NCBI GenBank assembly: GCA_964247055.1
Contig: OZ176050.1
Coordinates: 14,012,001-14,076,000, forward strand
DNA from: Paragordius varius
Lineage: Eukaryota; Animalia; Nematomorpha
Direction: 5' to 3'
DNA length: 64,000 nucleotides
Each line of letters begins with the position of its first letter. Position 1 is the stretch's first letter. The notes beneath the pieces are model-generated. The model worked only from the letters and a program-made list of their open reading frames with translations, made no database searches and was not told the DNA's origin. Below, piece after piece: positions 40,501-53,244 of this stretch. A program made the translations under genes and the position numbers.

Positions 40501-41933
40501 CCCTAGAAAAATGATTATTATTTAATTTATATCAAATAAATGCCTATTACATTTTTGATAATGAGTGTAGCGTCGATAAAATTAACTTAGTAGACTGTTT
40601 AATATTTTGGGCTTCCACCCTCTCATAATTTACATGAACTTTCAAAAATATAAGATCAAATATTTCTTTTATATCTTCCGCAACAGGCTTTATTAAAAAA
40701 TATTGTCGGGAGAAATTCCGTCTAATACTAAGTCTAGTGTTAAAGGTTATCACTTAATAATCAAAATATATAAGATTGAAGTGTTGTTAATATTGTGAAA
40801 AAATGCAGCTTTCAGATCCCAAAATTATTATTGGTTTGGGAAAACTTCCATAACTGATTAATAGCATTTAGCTGCTGTTTAGAAAAGTTTTATTATTTAT
40901 AAATAAATTAGCTGAAAAGTGGAATTAACGCTTGGTATAAACTTATACTACAATTCAAGTCTCATAGAAATATCTGATAATTAGGATTTCTAATAAAATG
41001 TAACAAGATTCCATCACTAACAGTATATAAAGATTAAATTTTATTGAAATTGGCTTGCTTCTCCCAAAAAAATTTATCATAATGTGCACTTTTATAAAAT
41101 ATAATTTTAATTTACCATGTGGTAAAACTTTCTATGAGACTCGTAAGCTCCGAAACCCAAAAGATTATAAAAATCCCTATTTTTCTTCGATGAATTATAT
41201 TTTTTAGGACTGCTGGTATTGTGCATTTTATTTTTTATTAGGCATTTTACAATATTATAGCTTTGTGTAATTACTTGGGTAATAAATGACTTTGTGTGGG
41301 TAGTTTGAGCGTCTCGAGTATCATTGTGAAAAGCACCCAAGCCAAGACTAGATATTGTTATATATAACAGATTATGCATGAAATTTAAAAACATTGACCT
41401 CATTATAATATGCCATGCCAAAATATTAATCCATTTGATAAACCGAAGTTGTTTTATTTAGCAAATTAGCGCATTCGATTACATGTTTACTTTTTGCCTT
41501 AACCACTTTAAAGCGCCTATAAAGTTAGATTAATGTAATATTTTATTTGATAAAACGCATCGTCAAACTTTATTGAGTGGTCTTTTTCTATTTGATTTGT
41601 TACCGATTTTAATTTTTTGTGTCTGATAAGCCGCAGCTATTTTCAATGTTATTTTTTTTCAAACAAAGATTATGCCCCATTTTAATTTGAAATTTTGTAA
41701 AATTGCCAGTAGTCATAAATAAAAATGTATAATTGATAAATTAAAATTGTAATCTTACTAATTTTATATATATTGGCATTGTCTAGATATATTTTATGAA
41801 ATAATTTCCAATTAACTTAAAAAGGCTTAATAATTATCCTATTTAAATATGTTTCATAAAAAACGGTTTAAAATGATTGGGTAGAAAAATAATTTCAAAC
41901 AAAGGAGGTTTTTATTTGTGCCATAAAAAAATG

Positions 41934-42000
<67 letters not shown>

Positions 42001-44802
42001 AAAATCGGCAATCATAAAAAATAATTTAATTTCGAAAAAGCTTCCATATATATTTTAAATTAACGATAAAAATTATTATATATACACTGAAAATGCGTGC
42101 CTCCTTTTAACCTATAATTATAATTATATTCCATTTTTCCTCGAAATATCCATAAACCCACACGCAAAAGTTCAAAGATTATCATTTTATTGTGTGGCTT
42201 CTTTAAGTAAAATTAGAAAATTATTGGAGGAACTTTATATAACAAACACTAATTTGGAAAGAAATTAGGTTTCTTTGATGTTCGCATATATTACAGAATA
42301 AAGCCGACCATAAAAACATCTTAAAATAAATGCATACCTTTAAAAACGATAGTAATTAGTAACCATAAAACAATTTTAAAAGTAATATACATGATTTTGC
42401 AAAGTTAAAAGATATCTCAAATTTACAACATAAAATATAAAATCTCTAATTGCCCTTGCCCTTTTAAGCAATGCGTTTGGAATAAAATTACTGATTAAAC
42501 CACAAAAATTATTTGAAACATTCGATTACTGATATAGTAGAAAACCATTAGTTATGGCCCTGAATTAATTATAAAAAAAATTAATATACTTCTTTTTAGC
42601 ACTGAGTATCTGCAAATTTGTAAAATAGCTATGAAATAGTCGGATTTATATGGCGCGCGGCCCTTGATAAAAAATTTTGTACCTCTGGTATAAACCAAAT
42701 CAAAATCCTTTAAAATTAAGATTTAAGAATGGCAAAAATACTAACCGGAAACCATCGAATTCTTCGGTTGTACCATCTATAGTTATCACAGGAACGCGAA
42801 TATATGCTTTGGCAATGCGTTTATTCCGTTCCATACATATAAGTTTGCACCAAATATCGTCATCAATCGTATCATATTTATCATAAATTTCATTGAGATG
42901 ATCCTTTTACATTTACAGTATGCATTTTTATGGATGCTTAATTTACACTATAGTTGAGCGATTTGCAACACAGTAGTGTATGGAAAAAAGAAAGGAATTT
43001 TTTTTCCATACCCCACTGTGTTGCAAGTGCACAACTATAGTGTGGAACAATCAACCATTAAAATGCATACCGTTTAGGCAATAAAAGGTTAATATATACA
43101 GTAAAAACTTAAATTAAGACAAAACAAAAAACCTAGAGGTTTTGTACAAAGAAAATCATATTTTTTTATTCTTGTTTTTTTACTAAATAACTTAAATTAT
43201 TATAATAAATAGTTAAGTCCGTTGAATTGCATCTCTATCTTTCATTTAGCCAAAACAATAGGCTATTTGTAAAATTAAATCAAGGTTCAGAAAATTTACA
43301 TATATTATTAAAAGCATAATCGCGGTTAATTTTTTTGTTGTCATTATATTTTTAGTTTTACTGTACAAGGTCAAACTTACTTTAAAATTTATTGATACTG
43401 TTGCTTTTCATAAAAATCTAAAGTTTATACCTGATACAATTCTCTCTCATTGAACCAAATGTCTTCATATTCCTGAGGTTTCATGAGTCTTTTCGATGTG
43501 TTAAAATTCATATTATGTAGGGGATGTGTTTCATTTTCTTCCATATTATCTAAAAAACCATTTTGCTCTCCGGCTTCTAATTGAGTATTTTCTGAATACT
43601 CTGGTTGAGTCAGGGCAAATTCATACGAGGATGCCGTATTATGAGGAAAATCATCCCATGATTGGGATATTGGCATTTGACTGGGATGCCTTTTTTTCTC
43701 AATCATATCCGACGATGATTTTGTACCTTTTGAAGACTTTATCATAGCTGCTAACAATATTTTCTTCCTATTAGCTTGTTGTTGTTGTTGTCTTGTATGA
43801 TTTAGCTCCGATGGATAATTTTGATCTTGACGTATTGGATTTAATGGCTGTTGCTGGTATGCGTATTGATTGGAATGATCAATGTTTGCTATAAAATTAT
43901 TTATTTTTTATAATTAATCATTCTATCAAATTAATGGTCAGCGGTATAATTAAATATAAACCCAGAGTTAAGGGTTGTATTACACCGCCCTATAGTCAAC
44001 GAGACGCAAAATCAAGATATTTTTTAGTTAAATTTAAAATAGTTTTGTTTTAAGTTTCGGGTGCAAGAAATATGCATTTAAATATATAAAAGATTTTGTT
44101 ATAATTAACGTTTAAAATCCTTTTGTCAACCGTTTACTTTGATTACTTTCTTTTTAAAATTAGAGCTTAAGAGGACTTCATCACGGATTCATGTCCAGTG
44201 CTCTATAAGCACGATGAATTACTAATAATTAGGTATGTATTATTATAATGAAGAAAACTACTGAAACTTGTTTAACCGACCTACTGGGATCAACTTTATA
44301 CACACATATACTGTTCTTTATTGTTCTTTAACAAAAATATAATGACATATAATTTACGGATTTTCGGGTTGGATCCATTGTTTCGGGCCAAATAGTTTTG
44401 TCGGTTGGCCGCTGTTTCTTGAGACAATTTTCTAGGATTAACATCATAAAGTTGCTCTTGAGATATTTTCCGATATGGATTTTCAGGGTTGTTCGATGAT
44501 GCCGATAAATTAATACAGGAGTAACGTATACGATTATCCTTATCCTTATTGTAATTATTATTAATATTGGTTATGTTGTTAAACTTGGAATCTTTCCGTT
44601 TTCTAACGAAATCTAAATTTTGTTTGCCGTATTTATTATTATTGCTAAAATTTTGTGGGCATGAATTGACATTCTTGATTCCATTGATATGTCCGCTAAA
44701 ATTTGAGGAGCCTCTTTTATTTTTATATGCGCCGCTAGGATTTTCATACTTATTTGCAGTTATTAGTGCTTGGTGAAAGGGAGCTTCAATTTTCATAACC
44801 AC
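37338..44802 (-). CDS. Expansion/rebuf-like Smad-MH2-domain protein (9 coding exons, about 1050 aa; Asn/Ser/Gln-rich flanks)
   Basis: Exons 44802-44358, 43888-43431, 42903-42746, 41347-41275, 40435-40274, 40104-39915, 39575-39381, 38886-37607 and 37535-37338 join in frame (3159 nt) with AG/GT boundaries. Exons 3-6 encode DDDIWCKLICMERNKRIAKAYIRVPVITIDG...FDGFRLGLGAFHN...GLKIKLD...IFDMKIF...TPCWIMLINIAALDIL, matching from memory the atypical MH2 domain of insect Expansion/Rebuf. The true 5' and 3' ends are uncertain. Confidence 0.82.
37607..38886 (-). CDS. exp/reb-like gene, exon 8 (large low-complexity exon)
   Basis: 1280 nt within the 434-aa ORF; acceptor CATAG, donor GTAGGA; phase 1 to 0. 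Confidence 0.85.
39381..39575 (-). CDS. exp/reb-like gene, exon 7
   Basis: (V)INSNGQRMDPTQF...NFHHIF; 195 nt, phase 1 to 1. Confidence 0.75.
39915..40104 (-). CDS. exp/reb-like gene, exon 6 (end of MH2)
   Basis: IFDMKIFKEKV...KTPCWIMLINIAALDILRDLN; 190 nt, phase 0 to 1. Confidence 0.88.
40274..40435 (-). CDS. exp/reb-like gene, exon 5
   Basis: GLKIKLDKDGSIIAKCIDRN...YNTPMK; 162 nt, phase 0 to 0. Confidence 0.85.
41275..41347 (-). CDS. exp/reb-like gene, exon 4
   Basis: (R)LGLGAFHNDTRDAQTTHTKSFITQ; 73 nt, phase 2 to 0. Confidence 0.85.
41941..41998. repeat. (TA)n microsatellite in intron 3 of the exp/reb-like gene
   Basis: Pure AT run of about 58 bp. Confidence 0.95.
42746..42903 (-). CDS. 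exp/reb-like gene, exon 3 (start of MH2)
   Basis: DHLNEIYDKYDTIDDDIWCKLICMERNKRIAKAYIRVPVITIDGTTEEFDGF; phase 0 to 2. Confidence 0.88.
43431..43888 (-). CDS. exp/reb-like gene, exon 2
   Basis: 458 nt, phase 1 to 0; contains poly-Q and ends EDIWFNERELYQ. Confidence 0.8.
44358..44802 (-). CDS. exp/reb-like gene, exon 1 (first in-frame ATG at 44796)
   Basis: Acceptor TTTTAG at 44803; donor GTAAAT at 44357; open Asn-rich frame. Confidence 0.75.
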
Positions 44803-47800
44803 CTAAAATTTTGGGGTTTTTGCGCGCAACTCAAGACTAACCCTATTTTTTTTGTGCCACCTAAAAATGTGTTACGCAAAAAAAGAATATACAATTGTCT
44901 TTGTAAAATATATTACAAAAAATATATATAATCGGATATTTTTAACGTAAATTTTTAAAAACCAGGATTCTAAAATTATTTAAAAAAAGCTAATTATGGT
45001 TAAAAATCTGTAATTAATTATATTTTGTTGAAAAAATCGAAGGTCTGTTCTTGGTATAATGCAGAAGCGTTGCTATGGGCGGGGGGTGCTGATGGATTTT
45101 AAAACATTTTGATTATCTAACCATTTCAATATTCAATATTTCTAACAAATATTTTTTTTGGAAGTTTAATATTGAGTGAAAGTTTTAGATTTTAATTAAT
45201 ACTTAATTTTAAAAAAATATAATCCAAGGTTAATAGAAAATAATTCTCAATTATGAATCAAGCTTAAGTTTTAGTTATTGAGTTAATTTACCTTATTTTC
45301 TTACATTATATTAACACACTAACATAATAATCAGATAAGAGGGAGGATTTACAATCGAAAAATTCATGGTGGAAAAAATTTAATCATTAAACAAAGAAAG
45401 TTTTTCTTTATATTATTTGATTGCGTTACAGCAATAATATATTTCAAGCCACTCTCTGTAAATCCAAAATTTTTTTAAAAAATTTAAATTTTCAAAAAAA
45501 TATTTTAGCTAGCATTTTTTTGGATATTGAGTCATAAAATATTATAAAATGCCAAAGAAATGTAGGCTTATTAGGTTGAATGACTTGAAATTTAATTTTT
45601 TTGAAAAAAAATTTAAAAGAGAAGAAAAGAAAATAGAAAGATCTATAATATATCACTAATGACTATTTTATCTAATCACCCATATACCAAAAGACATACT
45701 TGGTCTTAAAAAATATAAATAAAAAAGATATTTTTTGTTTTATTTAAAAACTGTAGCATAAAAATGCATAATTTTATCGTTTAATACCTAAAGCATTGAT
45801 CGATAACATATATGCAAACAAAGTTTTAGATTAATAAATAAAATTAAAATAAAATTAACAATAAAAGATTTCCTTTTAAAATTAAAATTTTTTGTACACT
45901 AGCTTTTGTTATAAGAGAGGATATTTTATTTTGTTGAAAGTAGTTATATCATCTATTGAACTGGATCAATTTAACTCAGGTTTTGCGGTAATTTAGATTC
46001 CACATGTATAAATTTAAGGATAAATGCTGGAAAAATAATTTCAAAAAATATATTTTGATGTTATTTCAATAATTAAGACTTTATAGATTTTGGTTCCAAT
46101 TCAAATTCGGATAAAATAATATACTTTCAGGACTTTAAGCAAATTATAAGATAATATGAAAAATTGGGTTTAAATTAATGAAAAAAACTGTTTGGACCGA
46201 AGGTACATCAACCGCTAAAGAATATTTATTTTTTATTTTTATTATTTAATATTTTAGGAAATATGAAAAAAAATGATTTTTTGATTTGCTACTATTCAAT
46301 ATTTTAATCGCTTGAAAAAAATTTCTAACAAGAGTATATCCATTAACAAACGACCTTAAAACTTTAGTATTGTAAATAGTAACAATTCATATATTAATAA
46401 AAATTATAAACAACAACTTATATATAATGTCAGAATATTAATTTTAAGACTACATTTATTCAATTATATACATAAAAATACCTGATTTAACAATGAAAGA
46501 ATTGGATTGGGAACCTTTGTGGCAATAAAATATTTGCCTAATTAATTTTGAGTAAATTGTAATTGCATCCTTTTAAAAAAAAATTTTTATAAAAAAATAT
46601 GGTAATGGTAGACTTGAGTAGTACACATTATTTATAATTATTATAATTATAAATATACGGAATTCTTTGGGACAGGGGGGGACAGTAAAAAAATGATAAA
46701 CGATGATATATCATCTACAACAATGAATGGCTATATCGTAATGCAATAAATTTTTTTAGCACTTTTAACAACAATGTTTTTTTCTACTGTAAGTAAAGGT
46801 GTTTTTTCACACCTTGTAGAGGTGGGATGTTGTTGGGACGTTTTGGATATAATTTATTCTCGCGAACGAATGATAAATAGTTTTTTTCCCTTCAACACAT
46901 TTTTTGCAAGATACTAGGGGACAAATATACCATAACACATATATGGACAAATATAATTTGTTTGGATACTACCTTTTTAAGGATAGCAATTCCTTAAATT
47001 TAAACCAAAGTGTTGTTAATTATCATTGAAATTTCGATTAAATCAAATATAAATCATCTTTCCGTTTGTGTTTCGCATATTGTCGAATGTAATACCTGGA
47101 GAAATGTTAACAATTTGGGCGATGAAGTAAATATAAGGGTTATTTTTTTGGTGTTAAATAAGTATATAGAATATTTTTTGATATAATTTTTGTATAGACT
47201 CTTTCCTTTCCCTTAAGGGGTGATAATTACATATACAATGTTAAATAGGAGGGGAGCGTGTTTTTTTTTATAATTTTGTCACAAGTTTAGGATAATAAAT
47301 AAAAAATATGAGTATATCCGTTTAGGTTGAGGTGAATATATCTCATATTTTGTCTAAAAAAATTTCATTCAATTATTACAGGAGCTTATAATAATTAGGG
47401 TAGTATTCTTGATTTGCGGTTAAAATTTCAAAATTACGTAGCAATACTTTTAAGATATATAAAGTGAATCGAAGAAATTGAAACTGAAAGTTTTAGTTTT
47501 CATGTAGACATATATCAGTAAAAATTATTTTAATTATAGATACAGATGAAAGCGTGTCTAATCATATAAAATGCACAGAGGAAAAATTTTAATTAAATGA
47601 TTAAAATCTTTACTCGATATATATCTGATTAGGAAATTTTTTATAAATATTACATAATTGAAAGTTACACATGTATAGAGAGCTATATCTTTCTTTATAT
47701 AAATAAATAACAGTCTAAAAATGTATAATGATATAAACCTTAAAATCAGTCAGTATATAAAAAAATTAAAATTATAAATAAAAAACTCATAAAATTTAAC

Positions 47801-48153
47801 CCAGTTTTTTTGTTGTTTTACTTTTTCTCATATAAATTTTTTAGCAGAAAATGAAAACATTAAATTCTATATATTTTAAAATAATGCTGCTGATATACCT
47901 ATAAATATTGGTTGTTGCTTTTAATCTTGACAGCTAATTCGAGAAGGCGTTAAAAAATCCAAAAAGCGCTGCGAATTTCAGGATAAAAGAAAATATATTT
48001 AACAACGCCTAATAATTCTTAAAAAAATTGGTTATATAAATGATTTTTTTAATTTTAATAGCAGATGAATAAAAATGGTTCTAAAATATTTTTTTCTTTG
48101 AAAATTATTTATCCTTATATAAATATTGTATAACATCCGCTAATTAAAACATA

Positions 48154-48190
<37 letters not shown>

Positions 48191-48376
48191 TTCAATTTTG
48201 TCGTTAATTATACATATATTTATAAATGTAATATATGTCAAAAGAGGAAGCTTGTAACCAGAGTTAGTCAAATTTAAAATATTAAAAAGACCTTGATTTG
48301 GATCAAAGGAACAGAAATAGAACACTGAAATACTTTACGCTGAATTTAACTGTTGTGGAATGGTGGTGATTTTATG

Positions 48377-49394
48377 CCAGGTGTACAGTCATAAGGGTTT
48401 ACCGGGTTTCAAAAAAACTTTTACATAGGCTTTTCTACATTCGCCCAACTCTCAGGTAATTTATGAATTTGCCAGAAAAATGATTATCTTTTGCCGTAAA
48501 CTATTGCCATATCATAAGTGCTGCGATGGTGTCCCCCACTGATGCGAACTTGTATTAGTCAGACGGTTTCGGCCAGGAATCAGTTAATGCAAAAGAATTT
48601 TCTATCGAAGTGATTTAAATGACTTGCACCGGTTTTGCTGTAACATAACATTGTCATCTACCAAAATCACTTTGCTATGTTTTCTAGCCAATCTAGCCAT
48701 TTTTTTTATCAATGCATCGTTTAGATTAATCATTTGTTGGCAGTAGGGGGGAGTATTAACAATTTAACCGTGTTTCAAAAGTCATAATACACAATATCGC
48801 TCTGGTTTTCCACTAGACACAGAGCCCGGCTTTCTTGCTGAAGCGATTTGGCATTGGTGGATCGGCTTTGCAAGGTGAAAGCCTTTTTCAATATATAAAA
48901 AACCATATCATATCCGGTCTCGCAAAAATAATTTCTTTTAGCGACGCTGAAGAAAGATTTCCCAAACCACTTTGCTTTGATTTGACATTAATAGTTTGTT
49001 GGTCTTTCCCATTTTCGCAGACATCAATTGATTGTTATTTTTGTGATATATTTAATGGTTCTACTAATTCTTGCTAAGTTTAAATTACATTTCTTAATAA
49101 ATCTTGCACTTAGAGTGTTCATAGTTGTGTTTCCAAAGTGTCCATATTTCACACGAAATCCCAACTTTTGATACCTCCAAATATGTATCATTATATATGA
49201 TAAGTTGTGCTAGCATGATATTTTTCAATAACCCATTATAATGGCCAATGCTTGTGGGACGCAGACTTTATTTTATGATATAATTTGTAGATTTATGTCA
49301 GAACAGAATAGGGTTGTATAGAATTAATCGTCTGCGTAGTTTTTTTCTAGGTTATTTCTTAATTAAAAGGGTAATAACTTATCAATACACCTGG
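48377..49394 (-). mobile_element. Degenerate mariner element (mauritiana/Mos1-like ITRs)
   Basis: Inverted ends CCAGGTGTACAG (48377) and TACACCTGG (49386-49394) resemble the Mos1 ITR start CCAGGTGTACAAG. Frameshifted minus-strand translations give PNRFSKK.GLCV, YCQQMINLNDALIKK, VILVDDN, KPSD and QIHKLPESW, matching mariner transposase motifs. Confidence 0.82.
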
Positions 49395-51592
49395 AAATGG
49401 TATCAACCAAATAACAATACAAATTGTAATAAAATTGACGTTGCGCTACCTCAGAAAATGACGATCATAAAAGATGGGGTACGATTTTTGGACCTTAGCT
49501 AAAGGTAATTCTTTGGTTTTCATTAAACAAAATGTCTGAAGGATAAATTCCAAATTAATGCTGGAAATAGAAAATTATTAAATTAATAGTAAAACTCAAC
49601 TCTTCCGCACCATACATTTTCAAAGTCGTATATGTAAGTTTTTAACAGAGTTTGTTAACTGTGGTTTATGATCCATGAAATGCCGTCATAACCTTCTTGC
49701 CTAGCGAATCCAAAAAGTCCATTTTAGAAATAATTTGTCAGCTAGCCCAATTGTGTCGAGTGTAAATATCTGAAGTTCACATCTTTAAGGCACAAAGTTC
49801 TAAATTATATATTATTTTTGCCTTTTTTTGATTATTCAAAAAATAATTAGAAAATAAAAAAATTTTTTATAACAAAAGGGCCACTAAGTGCATTTTATTT
49901 TTTAGATTTTACTAACATTTTGAAGAAAAACTGATATTGATTTATATTCAAAAAATTTAATCATCTTAAAAGAAACAATTTTTGATATTCTAATGAATGA
50001 TTTTTAAATAATCCAAATCTAATAGATATATTTACGCTTTTAATGAATAATTAATTTATTTAGAGTTTATCAGTTAGAAAGTGTCACACAAACCTAATTA
50101 AACACAAAACTGATTCTGTTAAAAGTTTAGCATTTCAGGATATATTAATCACGCAATCCCTCACATTCATTATTGAAAAGATTCAGTATTCTATTTAAAT
50201 TTAAACTGCTAAAATATTTCACGATTCGAATAAATGAAATATAATTTATATTTATAATATTAGCATATTATCAAAATAATATAATTTATTTTTCAATATC
50301 ATTGATAATATTGCAATTTTATATTTGGACTATATCGAAATACATAATTATAAAATATATTTTTCGAAAAAAAACGGTGAATATAAAATGTTAAAATCAT
50401 GGTAATATATTATAATTAATATTAGATTTTATTTATTGTTACATTATAAAATTCCACTCCACTTTCCTATTTAAATTGGCTTCAAAATAATTCAAAATAT
50501 ATAAAATAAAGTTCAAAAAATGGTGAATATAAACTATTACAATCATAACTAAAATTTATAGAATTTTTATAAGAATTGTACAACCGTGTTTTGCATATTT
50601 AGCAGTATTTGTGTTATAATCATTTGTTTCGATGGTCATGAATCAATGGTTTTTTATATTTCATGATTAGAACATTCTTTTTCAGTATGGATTGGTTTCG
50701 ATTATAAAGATATATTGTCATTGGGCTGTGTCAATTCTCAGTATGTCAGAATAGTCAAGGTACCAGGTTTGGACGATGGCTCCGTTTGCTAGAGGGACTG
50801 TTAGACACAGTTCTAGATAAAATGGGCAAATCAGCATTTTTTATATTTTTTAGATAATCTCAATAGGTTAATTATTGATAGTATTTAATAATGTCCTAAA
50901 TTGTTTGTTGGTATACATATATAGTAGATAGATTTATACACATAAAACATAAATGTAAAATACGGATACATTTTTAAAAAAATAACATTAAACCTTGATT
51001 GTTCTTATATAAACAACATAACGTTTAAGCAAATAGATTTTTCCCTGATTTGCAGCATAAAACGACGAGGTGTTTTCAAAAAATTTTAAATTCGAATATG
51101 GATGTCTTTTAATTTTTACGTTTTGTCATAATGATTTTATAAATTATACTAGATTTAGGTTAACTGCTGGACTAGATCAAGTCATTTTGGTTCGTGCGCT
51201 TGGTGAGGTTGGATTCGCGCGTTTGGGAGAACATGGTAAATCACAATCTTTGCGTATTGGTGTTAAGATGCGAATTGCAATTTGAGCATACATCTTGACA
51301 AAGGGGTAAAATATTTTTCAAATACTCAATAACTTTACATTAGTAATTAGTTGGGTTATCCTGCGCAACCTAGCTAGTTATTTAATACTGATTTCCTATT
51401 ATTCTTTAAATTTACAGACGATGCTTGACTATATTCATGTTTTGATTTTATCGTCATGGGTTTAGGTTTTCGTCTTTGCCATAGTTCACATTTTTTATTG
51501 CCCGTGATGAAGTGATTTGCAAAGCTATTAATTATTCATCCTTAAATTATGAATATTATTATTTTAACAGTATTAGACATGGCCATATAAAG

Positions 51593-52920
51593 ATCTATGA
51601 ACTGAATCTTACAAGAAATATATTTCACTGCATGACCAATTAAATATCACTTGGGGTCGTGCAATATTGTTTCTAATATTCGTATTAGAATACATAATTT
51701 TGCGGAAAACATATAGAACAAAAGATCTGTGCATCGATCGAGAAAATGGTTTCTCTATTATCAGACTTAAGTTCTCCAATTTCAGATTCAGACGAAACGC
51801 AACTAGCAGATATGAGTGATGATATTTATTCACTCCAAGCAAACGTAGTTTTAATGGAAAAAAGTTGTAAAGTTTCTAAATTTTTTATGTACCTACAATA
51901 TACAGAGGTTCCCGAAGGATTAAAGCATATTACTTTTATTAATATATGAATGGTTACATAGGTCTTTGTCAACGATTAAAATATATCAAAGCTTTACTAA
52001 TTATGCGTGTGTTGATCACACCCATAGATTCCATAATGTCACAAGTGTTGATATGGCCTGCCTGAGCGCCATATACCGTCGGGATCGCCAATAAATTTTT
52101 TGATCAAATTCTTACACATTCGTAAAAATTTAATTTTTGCACATAATTGTAGGTGAATCAAAGTTCTATTACATTTCAAACCTTAAATACCCTAATGAAT
52201 TATGTAACGGTCGAATATGATTTTTATCATATGACTGGTAATTTCAGTGAGAGCATTTTTTTGTCTTGGTTTAAATGTTAAATGGTATATGCGCAGCATA
52301 ATCACGATTAGGTGTTTATGATCATTAGGATAATGATATGAGTTTACATTGGTGGATTTCAGAACTGTACGGCTGCTATTTAAGAAGGCCAAATTAATTA
52401 TGTTAATCGCACAGATTTGAAAAAACTTAAGGAATATCTAGTAATTATTGTTGTTAATTTAAATGATTATGAATTACTCTACCTATTTAAATTTTTAATG
52501 ACTGTAAATGTGATGAGTTTGAAATTTACCAATCAAGGTATAGTTAAACATGTGGTTTCAAAAATTATTTTATTAAGCCAAAAAAATTGTATTGCAAATA
52601 TAGGTTTAAGCTTGTAATGGTGTCATATCGCACTGCATTTTGAATTAGCATAAAATAATTCGTTTAAGTAGACTTTTAAAGATATGGATGTTTTTTTCTT
52701 TTTATTAATTTAGATTGAGGCTCAGACTATGATATATAATAGCACCTTAAAGGATGCTGTTGATGGAAAAACTTATGATATTTATGCGTCTTACCCACAA
52801 TATGGGAATTATAAAAAACACAACAAATACTTGACTTTACATAGTAAAAGCGTGGAAAACAATCAACCAGCTCAAAATTGTTTCAGTTTGGCGTTATAGT
52901 TTTATTGAATTGCGACTATA
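51593..52920 (+). pseudogene. Inverted partial paralog of the 3' part of the 2400-12223 unknown gene
   Basis: Collinear with the reverse complement of about 2380-3845: IYELNLTRN, LADMSDDIYSLQAN vs LADMSDEKYSLKAN, MVYAQHN, and IEAQTMIYNSTLKDAVDGKTYDIYASYP vs IEAETTKYNFTLNDVVDGNTYEIRVSYP. Frameshifted; homology continues briefly beyond the Gypsy B insertion at about 61960. Confidence 0.75.
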
Positions 52921-52922
52921 TT

Positions 52923-53244
52923 TGAACGCGTTTACTATAGAAATATAGAATTTATTATCTCAAATTGGGTTCATTTTATAACTGATTCCTTTGTGATTGT
53001 ATAGGTGTATTATTATTTTAGCAAAATTGACAATAACTAAATTAGAAAACTATGGTATTAAATACAATGTCATATAAAATATCCATATAAATAAACACAA
53101 TGTCATATAAAATATAAATATTTAACTTATGGTTATAAATTTGGCAACTAACTTATTTAGAATATTATTTGTAATAAAAACATTCTCATATAAATTATCC
53201 ATATAAATAATTATAATGTAACTTAAGGTTGTAAAGAATTAACA
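52923..53244 (-). repeat. 3' LTR of Gypsy B
   Basis: Direct repeat of 61660-61953 with a ~30-bp indel; internal AATACAATGTCATATAAA subrepeats. Confidence 0.9.

Noticed and set aside
40547-40753. 68-aa minus-strand ORF between MH2 exons 4 and 5
   Set aside because: The MH2 domain is complete and in frame without it; treated as intronic.
44160-44215. Intronic hairpin (TAGAGC...GGAC...GTCC...GCTCTA) suggestive of an H/ACA snoRNA or pre-miRNA
   Set aside because: No convincing H box, second hairpin or ACA box seen; the stem is short.
38325-44776. Plus-strand ORFs overlapping the exp/reb-like exons
   Set aside because: Antisense shadows of the real minus-strand coding sequence.
46690-47150. Slightly GC-richer stretch that might hold upstream exons of the exp/reb-like gene (similar stretches at 50640-50830 and 51160-51300)
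   Set aside because: Only short frames, no recognisable motif and no unambiguous splice chain; needs RNA-seq.
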